From a virus: a DNA stretch of 21,603 nt. The DNA lies in IMG/VR virus record IMGVR_UViG_3300033153_003603, positions 1 through 21,603 of that record. The stretch is one strand, 5' to 3'. The notes under the pieces were generated by a model. It searched no databases. It saw only the letters and a program-made list of their open reading frames with translations, and was not told the origin of the DNA. Below, in pieces: positions 15,570 to 21,603 of this stretch. Within the stretch, counting starts at the first letter, position 1. Every line of letters starts with the position of its first letter. A program made the position numbers and the translations under genes.

Positions 15570-17387
15570 TTGACATATGCTGATTTTATAGACAAGACAA
15601 CCTCCGAAAAAACTGTCTTGATTGAACTTGATTTAGGCCTGACAGAAACGGGATGGTATAACTACGATGCTGGGGTATGGGCGCATAAATGGAGTACAGC
15701 GGGTGAATTGCATAATATCGGTGATGGGAATATCGGCGATTACAATATGGGCGAGGGCGATCGGAGAGTACAAATATCAGTTGGTTCATGTTTTGTTGAT
15801 GGTGATGAATATACCGAGCAGGCAAATGTTGCTGACTGCGTGAGTAATGAAAATAGCTGGTATTATGATGATACGAATTTCATATTCTACATACACATCG
15901 ATAATGGACATGAGCCACAAATACATAGTGTTACAATCGGGTTAACGATTGGTATGAGTAATCGGGCTGGATACTATAATGATTTGTACTATGAGCCGAG
16001 GGTTCTTTCTGTACCGGACATTGAAAGAACGAAAGACCCATTATTTTTTGGGATTATCAGGTTCGATAGCGGCAGTTTTTCGTTAATTAATAGTGACGGT
16101 TATTTTGATACTATCACCAGCTATATTATTTTTGGGCAACCTGTACGAATATTATTCGGTGGAAATGATTTGGATTATTCAAATTTCGAGACTGTATGTA
16201 AAGGGTATATAGAGGATTTAAACCTTAATTATGAGACGGCAGACTTTACAATCATCGATAACCGGAAAAAACTATCTAAAGTTTTGCCTGTTAATACATT
16301 TAACAAGACAACATATCCTAATCTTGATGATGATGATATAGGGAAAGCGATCCCGATAGGGTACGGTGAGATATACCATGCACCGGTTATTTGTATAAAC
16401 AAAGCTCAGGGCGGTACTCCAAGCTGGACATTTAAAGTTTGCGATACGTCGGATCATAGCAACGGTATACAATCGATTGATGCGATATATGTTGATGGTG
16501 TTTCAAAAAGCATTTTATCGAGTAGCCTTACTGATGGTACGGTAACAATAGCCAATGGAGACTGGGACGGACAGGCGGAAGTAGTTGTCGATTTTAAGGG
16601 GTTAAAGGATGATTCAGATAATTACTTAACGAACCCGCTTGATATTATTAAAGACATATTGAGCGTGTATGCTGATGTTACGTATAACTCGACAAATTAC
16701 AATACTACAGAATGGGAGACATCTGAAACGCATGATTTAGCAAATGATATAGGATTGTTCGTTGATGAGGAAACAGAGATAAGTGAATTGATAGAGATGA
16801 TATGTACTTCTGTTCTGGGTTATTTTATCGTGCAGAGTGATGGCAAGTATACGTTTCGTATTCTCGATACTTCAGAAGATGTACAAAGAACAATACACAT
16901 TGAAGAAATGCTAGGGCCCCCGGAAATATCATGGACAGGTACACAATATCTCGATGAGTGTAAAATCGGGTATAAACGTAACTGGAGCAGCAATTCTCAT
17001 AGATGGTATATTAATGATACAAACAAGGATGCAATATACAATAAATATAAAAAACATTCTAATAAATCATTTGAAACGTTATTGGTAAATCTTGATGATG
17101 CGATTGAATACAGCAATACGATAATGGATTATTATAGCGAGGTAAAAGGCATTTATACCGTTACTACCAAAACACAGAATATACAGCTTGATATTTTGCG
17201 AACATTATCGATTGAAATAAACAGGGTTGGCAAGAAGTGGCTGGATTATGTAAAAACGGAAATTATCGGTGTAACAAAGGATTTGATCGAGAATAAGATT
17301 AAAATAACGGCACGGCATATATCCGGGCTCACAGTTTTTTTTTTAGGTGGAGCCCTTTTGCAATTAATGTTGATAAATATGCTATAA
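15570..17387 (+). CDS. Baseplate hub/central tail protein; C-terminus may instead run to 17437 in the -1 frame
   Basis: TTG start with GAGGA RBS; GKAIPIGYG...APVICI motif typical of siphophage hub proteins; T10 tract at 17335-17344. Confidence 0.6.
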   Translation: MTYADFIDKTTSEKTVLIELDLGLTETGWYNYDAGVWAHKWSTAGELHNIGDGNIGDYNMGEGDRRVQISVGSCFVDGDEYTEQANVADCVSNENSWYYDDTNFIFYIHIDNGHEPQIHSVTIGLTIGMSNRAGYYNDLYYEPRVLSVPDIERTKDPLFFGIIRFDSGSFSLINSDGYFDTITSYIIFGQPVRILFGGNDLDYSNFETVCKGYIEDLNLNYETADFTIIDNRKKLSKVLPVNTFNKTTYPNLDDDDIGKAIPIGYGEIYHAPVICINKAQGGTPSWTFKVCDTSDHSNGIQSIDAIYVDGVSKSILSSSLTDGTVTIANGDWDGQAEVVVDFKGLKDDSDNYLTNPLDIIKDILSVYADVTYNSTNYNTTEWETSETHDLANDIGLFVDEETEISELIEMICTSVLGYFIVQSDGKYTFRILDTSEDVQRTIHIEEMLGPPEISWTGTQYLDECKIGYKRNWSSNSHRWYINDTNKDAIYNKYKKHSNKSFETLLVNLDDAIEYSNTIMDYYSEVKGIYTVTTKTQNIQLDILRTLSIEINRVGKKWLDYVKTEIIGVTKDLIENKIKITARHISGLTVFFLGGALLQLMLINML

Positions 17388-17426
17388 ACATAGATGAATA
17401 TGCTTTAAGTTACGGGAGAGGGACTT

Positions 17427-18569
17427 ATGGCGCTTGATGACACTGTACCGGCTGATGGTGACGGAATAACAACAGGAGTAAAAGTAAGTGAATTAGCTGG
17501 ACATATCCGGGATTTAAAAACTGACCTGAACAATGACTTTGCTACACTGGAGTATGTTAACGCTTCTCTGGCTGCTAATACGTTAAACCTGTTTCTTACT
17601 GATACATCTTCAGCGGAGGTTGGTGGTTATTATGAGATGTTGTTTTCTGAAACAGGGTCGGGTGGTTCATCGCTTACGGAGAATAGTGTATCGGATGGCG
17701 AAACGTTATTATGGTCATACGTTAGCCCGCAATTCGCAATTGCCGACCAGATAAGTGCTGGGTTGTATATTGTTAGTATCTGGGTAGAACAAGATAGCAA
17801 TAAAACTGTAACATTTACCGCGAAATTATATAAACGTGATTCTGGGGGTACTGAAACCGAATTAGTGGAAACCTCGACTTCAGATACAGTCACAAAAGAT
17901 ACGAAAACACAAATAATAATGTCAGGTTTTCTTGAGGATATAACTATCTACATGGAAGGCACGGACGATAGTAGAGCTGCCGTAAGAATACCGACATCGG
18001 TTATTACGAAAAAGATATTTGATGCTGACGGCGATACATACATAACGGTCGAAGAAACCGCTGATGAAGATAAGATACATGTTTATACTGCTGGCACTAA
18101 ACGGCTGACGATTGATGAGAACGGATATACTAAAATTATTACTCCTGCACGGTGTCAAGTTTATAGTGATTCTAATTGGTCTATTGCAAATAACGCAGTG
18201 TCAACGTTAAGTTTTAATAGCGAATTAACTGACCCTTCGAATATGCATAGTACGACTACAAATACAAGCCGTATTATACTCCCCACCGATGGGGATTATC
18301 TATGTATTATCAATCTAAAGTGGGCATCTAATGCTACCGGAGCACGCAGGGGAATTATTCGTCTCAATGGAACAACTAATTTGTGGGATGATGTAAGAGA
18401 TGGAGCCACAGGTGTTTTGGGTGTATATGCATATTCATTTTCTTTTTTGGCTGTCGGATTGTCAAAAAACGATTATTTAGAGCTTAGAGTCTACCAGAAT
18501 TCGGGGGCGGGGTTAACTCTTTATGGTAATGCCAATTCCACACTTTTTACCGTTACGAAAATTATTTAG
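17427..18569 (+). CDS. Tail fibre/receptor-binding protein with C-terminal C1q/BclA-like beta-sandwich
   Basis: Last tail gene; IFDADGDTYITVEETADEDKIHVYTAG fibre motif; C-terminal RIILPTDGDY...IIRLNG...DYLELRVYQNSG. Confidence 0.65.
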   Translation: MALDDTVPADGDGITTGVKVSELAGHIRDLKTDLNNDFATLEYVNASLAANTLNLFLTDTSSAEVGGYYEMLFSETGSGGSSLTENSVSDGETLLWSYVSPQFAIADQISAGLYIVSIWVEQDSNKTVTFTAKLYKRDSGGTETELVETSTSDTVTKDTKTQIIMSGFLEDITIYMEGTDDSRAAVRIPTSVITKKIFDADGDTYITVEETADEDKIHVYTAGTKRLTIDENGYTKIITPARCQVYSDSNWSIANNAVSTLSFNSELTDPSNMHSTTTNTSRIILPTDGDYLCIINLKWASNATGARRGIIRLNGTTNLWDDVRDGATGVLGVYAYSFSFLAVGLSKNDYLELRVYQNSGAGLTLYGNANSTLFTVTKII

Positions 18570-18612
18570 AAAAGGTATGTGCAAGAAGCAAAAATACAGG
18601 AGAAAAAAAAGA

Positions 18613-19119
18613 ATGACAATTGAACAATTCAAAAAATCGCACAATTTCTCGTTAAACGAGGAACGTTACCAGGGTGGGAAAATAATCGATACTGAAAATA
18701 TTGAGTTCATTGATCCTGTAATGTGGGCTACAAATGACCATTTCGTGTCTGTGTGTAAATGGATGTATCCCGAGAGAAAAGTATATGCGAAGATTCTCCA
18801 TATCACGAGCGGAAATCATACAATGGATTCGGCGCATAGTGTAGGTAAAGCGATTGATGAGGTTATTGTCGGGTTAACGTTGTTTGAAGCAATTACTATT
18901 GCAATGAGTATCAGGCAGAATCACGGTCCTAGCGGACTTGGATTTTATCCGTATTCAAAACCAGTATTTATACATTTCGACCAGAAAGACTGGAATAGGG
19001 ATGTTACACGAACAACAGTATGGTATCGAAACGTTGACGGTGAATATATATCGAATACCCATAGACCTGATGAGGTTTATGAGGAGTTATATAATTGCTT
19101 TGATCTAAAAATGAGATAG
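18613..19119 (+). CDS. Endolysin, Zn peptidase M15A-like, 168 aa
   Basis: ITSG...SAHSVGKAID and GLGFY...FIHFD carry the His/Asp/His zinc ligands; AGGAG at 18598-18602 supports ATG 18613. Confidence 0.75.
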   Translation: MTIEQFKKSHNFSLNEERYQGGKIIDTENIEFIDPVMWATNDHFVSVCKWMYPERKVYAKILHITSGNHTMDSAHSVGKAIDEVIVGLTLFEAITIAMSIRQNHGPSGLGFYPYSKPVFIHFDQKDWNRDVTRTTVWYRNVDGEYISNTHRPDEVYEELYNCFDLKMR

Positions 19120-19129
19120 GAGGGGTAAA

Positions 19130-19306
19130 ATGTTTAAACGATTGATCAAGTCTAAAGTTTTTTGGGCATCTATCGGTGGTATTTGTGTTGCTATCGGGAC
19201 AATGATTGCAGGTGAGCAATCGGTATCGGCTGGACTTATGCAGATATTCGGTTTGTTACTTGCTATTTTCTTCAGGGACACTGCGGCAAAGATGATGGAA
19301 AAATAA
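19130..19306 (+). CDS. Holin-like protein with two TM segments, 58 aa (MFKRLIKSKVFWAS...), not in ORF track
   Basis: AGGAGG RBS; basic N-terminus with KSKVFW, two hydrophobic stretches; directly after endolysin. Confidence 0.75.
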   Translation: MFKRLIKSKVFWASIGGICVAIGTMIAGEQSVSAGLMQIFGLLLAIFFRDTAAKMMEK

Positions 19307-19431
19307 TGTTTAATTTTATGAGCGGTAAAAAAGACTGTTAGAGTACAAAAAATCGTTCTATGAGCTGTTATTTGCGTCTGAGGGGATTCTAGAGGGCTTT
19401 TTTTAAAGGCTGTAAAATTCGGAGAAAATTT

Positions 19432-19854
19432 ATGGGATTTCTCAAGAGGCTTTTTGCGAAGAAAGCAGGTACAGGTGTATCTAATGTACTTGATAGTGTA
19501 GGTAATCTTGCGACTGATATCCGGTCGGCTATAACCGGTGATATGCCACCGGAAGTGAAGGCGGATCTGTATGGTAAAATACTTGACGTAACGTTGGAAG
19601 TTACAAAGATGCAGAGCAATGTGATTGTGGCGGAAGCTCAAGGTGCTTCATGGATTCAGAGAAACTGGAGACCAGTAACGATGCTCACATTTCTTATCCT
19701 TATCATATTGGCAGCATTACGGGTGATTGATTTATCACTAATGCAGGTTCCCAAACCAATGTGGACATTATTGACGGTGGGGATTGGCGGATATATCGGG
19801 GGAAGGACGGTTGAGAAGGCTGTACTTAATATAGGGGGAAATAAAGGGAAATAA
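19432..19854 (+). CDS. Holin of the 3TM / GTA-holin-like family
   Basis: EAQGASWIQRNWRP signature followed by hydrophobic segments and GIGGYIGGRTVEK. Confidence 0.75.
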   Translation: MGFLKRLFAKKAGTGVSNVLDSVGNLATDIRSAITGDMPPEVKADLYGKILDVTLEVTKMQSNVIVAEAQGASWIQRNWRPVTMLTFLILIILAALRVIDLSLMQVPKPMWTLLTVGIGGYIGGRTVEKAVLNIGGNKGK

Positions 19855-19879
19855 AGAAGGATAGGGAGGGACACGGATA

Positions 19880-20128
19880 ATGGGGATTGTTAAATACGAG
19901 GATGATCCTGAAATGAAAGAATACCAGAAGTCATATATTGAGCTTATTGCCCGAAAAGTAGGAGATGAAATATATCAAAAGCTGGAGAAGAAACATTATG
20001 ATCACGAGCAACGGCTCTCAAAGATAGAAAAGAAAGTATTTAATGGATTCAGTGTAAAAATTAATGTATTATTCGGACTTTATTCGGTGATTATTGCATT
20101 GCTGATCAAACTGGCATTCTGGAAGTAG
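19880..20128 (+). CDS. Coiled-coil protein with C-terminal TM helix (XhlA-like topology)
   Basis: GGGAGGG RBS; HEQRLSKIEKK then INVLFGLYSVIIALLIKLAFW; last gene before terminator. Confidence 0.6.
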   Translation: MGIVKYEDDPEMKEYQKSYIELIARKVGDEIYQKLEKKHYDHEQRLSKIEKKVFNGFSVKINVLFGLYSVIIALLIKLAFWK

Positions 20129-20163
20129 ACAGTATAACTAAATAGTATAGTGAATTATAATTT

Positions 20164-20195
20164 AACAAGCCTTGGTTGCAGGGCTTGTTTTTTTT
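20164..20195 (+). terminator. Rho-independent terminator ending the late operon
   Basis: AACAAGCCTT 20164-20173 / AGGGCTTGTT 20180-20189, T run 20188-20195. Confidence 0.9.
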
Positions 20196-20228
20196 GTCTA
20201 AATAAGCTGGAAATAGCTGGGAAAACAT

Positions 20229-20297
20229 AAAAAAGTTTAAAAAAGTTTATAAAAAAATGTAAAAAAACTTGACAAGAAAATAAAAAAGGGTTAAAAT
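20229..20297 (+). promoter_or_regulatory. Strong sigma70/sigmaA-type promoter with A-tract UP region
   Basis: TTGACA 20269-20274, 17-nt spacer, TAAAAT 20292-20297; upstream phased A tracts. Confidence 0.85.
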
Positions 20298-20334
20298 AGT
20301 AATATGAAGTTAATAAAATCAAGGGGGTAGCAAA

Positions 20335-20418
20335 ATGAAAAGACATATTATCAAGGATTATGATCAGGTAAATGCCGATTTTTACATCGCTATTAAATCG
20401 GAACCGAAACCGAAGTAA
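20335..20418 (+). CDS. Short ORF, 27 aa (MKRHIIKDYDQVNADFYIAIKSEPKPK), first ORF after the promoter
   Basis: AAGGGGG RBS at 20321-20327; TAA 20416-20418. Confidence 0.45.
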   Translation: MKRHIIKDYDQVNADFYIAIKSEPKPK

Positions 20419-20545
20419 GACCTGTTTAACAGGGATTAAAAGAAAATTGTCCGAGCTCTGGCTCGGCAAAGGTTTTGTCGACCAGTTATGGGCAATTTTC
20501 AATTAATAACTTGGGCTGGGTGAATCTTATTTTAGGGGGGGCAAG

Positions 20546-20773
20546 ATGAAGGTAGAGTTAGATTTTCAGGCAGGGCAGATTGAAGGACTTTTTATAATTA
20601 AAGCGAAGAAGGGAATATATTATGTGACTAAACTTTATCAATATGGCAAAGTTTTAAGGGCTTATACTTATTACGTAGAACCTTTAGGAAAATTAGCATA
20701 CGAGACAGCCGGGGAATACAGAATACCGGTGGAAGAGATTGAAAGTATTACAATAACAAATAGAAAATATTAG
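20546..20773 (+). CDS. Hypothetical early protein, 75 aa
   Basis: AGGGGGGG RBS; ORF in track. Confidence 0.7.
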   Translation: MKVELDFQAGQIEGLFIIKAKKGIYYVTKLYQYGKVLRAYTYYVEPLGKLAYETAGEYRIPVEEIESITITNRKY

Positions 20774-20784
20774 GGGGAGCAAAA

Positions 20785-20973
20785 ATGACTGAGATAGAAA
20801 AAAGAATGGTGTTAAAAAAAATAGATGGGATAATATTGTTAATTGAGAACCATCTCAATAGATTATCGCAAGGATTTACAAAACCTATCCCGGTGATTGA
20901 TTCACTAGAAATGTATGATGCTTTAGAGAGTGCAAGATCGATAAGGTTAACAAGGAAGGAGACAATAAAATGA
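20785..20973 (+). CDS. Hypothetical early protein, 62 aa
   Basis: AGGGGGAG RBS; ATGA overlap with next ORF. Confidence 0.7.
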   Translation: MTEIEKRMVLKKIDGIILLIENHLNRLSQGFTKPIPVIDSLEMYDALESARSIRLTRKETIK

Positions 20974-21212
20974 GAATGACACGATTACTTGCAATGGCAG
21001 AAGATGCAAAAGAAGTAGAAAAGTTGAGAGAAGAGAACGAGAGGTTGTGGGTTGTAGTAGATGAAACCATAGCTTTGCTTGAGGAAATCATCAAAGGAAT
21101 TGAAGGAAAAGAGAAATACAAGGATGTGATAATGACTGCAATAGATATTAAAGACATCATTGAAACAGAAAAGAAATATGCCGGATACGAGGATCACAAG
21201 GGTTACAAATAA
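20970..21212 (+). CDS. Hypothetical coiled-coil protein, 80 aa
   Basis: AGGAAGGAG RBS; EVEKLREENERL heptads. Confidence 0.7.
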   Translation: MRMTRLLAMAEDAKEVEKLREENERLWVVVDETIALLEEIIKGIEGKEKYKDVIMTAIDIKDIIETEKKYAGYEDHKGYK

Positions 21213-21236
21213 ATTCATGAAAAAAATAAAAAAATA

Positions 21237-21265
21237 TTGTTAAAAAGGGGCATTGTATTATAATA
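21237..21265 (+). promoter_or_regulatory. Possible promoter for the RHH gene
   Basis: TTGTTA 21237-21242, 16-nt spacer, TATAAT 21259-21264; A-rich upstream. Confidence 0.45.
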
Positions 21266-21299
21266 ATAAAAAAGAAAAGTAAAGAAAGGTGGTGATAAC

Positions 21300-21461
21300 A
21301 TGAAAAAGGATATATATATCGGGTTTATGGTGAATGAAGATACAATGAAAAAACTTGATAAGGTGATTGAGAATGAAAATAAAGCTGATCCGACATATCG
21401 GTGGAAACGATCCTCGTATATTCGGAAACTAATTGTTGAACATTTGAAAGAAAAAAATTAA
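21300..21461 (+). CDS. Ribbon-helix-helix (CopG/Arc-like) DNA-binding protein, 53 aa, not in ORF track
   Basis: Alternating strand IYIGFMV, helix EDTMKKLDKVIE, then RSSYIRKLIVEHL; AGGTGG RBS. Confidence 0.7.
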   Translation: MKKDIYIGFMVNEDTMKKLDKVIENENKADPTYRWKRSSYIRKLIVEHLKEKN

Positions 21462-21482
21462 AAGAAAACAGGGAGGCGGAAG

Positions 21483-21603
21483 ATGGAAACAACGGAAACA
21501 AAAAACAATGATTTTGTAAAACGTGTAGTAAAGGCGTTTTCGGAAATGCCGGAAACTTTACCGGAAACACAGGGGCAGATCGGAAACAGGAAGTATACTT
21601 ATG
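21483..21603 (+). CDS. N-terminal fragment of a protein cut by the window end; possibly ERF-family single-strand annealing protein
   Basis: GGGAGG RBS; VKAFSEMPETLPETQGQIGNRKYTY resembles ERF N-termini; only 40 codons visible. Confidence 0.35.
   Translation, partial: METTETKNNDFVKRVVKAFSEMPETLPETQGQIGNRKYTY

Noticed and set aside
14631-18569. Diversity-generating retroelement targeting a tail gene
   Set aside because: No reverse transcriptase and no template/variable repeat pair differing at adenines within the window; cannot be excluded for the rest of the genome.
1134-18612. Longest-ORF starts at 1134, 6066, 8087, 11363 and 18523
   Set aside because: RBS position, or overlap with promoter, hairpin or upstream gene, favours 1203, 6075, 8135, 11378 and 18613.
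2143-21570. Minus-strand ORFs in the track (e.g. 4195-4611, 11242-11748, 12121-12507, 19105-19641, 20155-20502)
   Set aside because: All lie antisense to well-supported + strand genes or A-rich promoter DNA, with low-complexity F/L/S/I composition typical of shadow ORFs.
1-21603. Stop-codon reassignment
   Set aside because: Core genes are intact and of expected length under the standard bacterial code.

Overview
Nearly the whole late (virion) module of a bacterial long-tailed phage or prophage with siphovirus-type gene order; every supported gene is on the + strand. Order: tRNA-like gene cut by the window edge and a GC-rich structured RNA candidate (1-412), small ORFs, terminator, late promoter, small and large terminase, HK97-type portal, Mu gpF-like protein, prohead protease with an extra domain, HK97-fold major capsid, probable decoration protein, neck genes, tail tube, tail chaperone pair with a -1 slippery site, tape measure, tail tip/fibre genes, M15 peptidase endolysin with three membrane proteins, a terminator, then a near-consensus sigma70-type promoter opening an early region (small ORFs, a ribbon-helix-helix regulator, a truncated possible ERF-like recombinase). 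Most notable: (1) a ~290-nt RNA-like element with nested stems, a loop-loop complementarity and a pseudoknot, next to a tRNA-like module with an expanded anticodon loop; (2) a T10 / UUUUUUA site near the end of the tail hub gene where the -1 frame shows signs of coding selection; (3) a GARGG-motif domain inside the protease; (4) a small TYW3-motif-like protein among the head-neck genes. All family calls come from recalled motifs and synteny, not database searches. No integrase, reverse transcriptase or CRISPR array was seen; the host is not identifiable.
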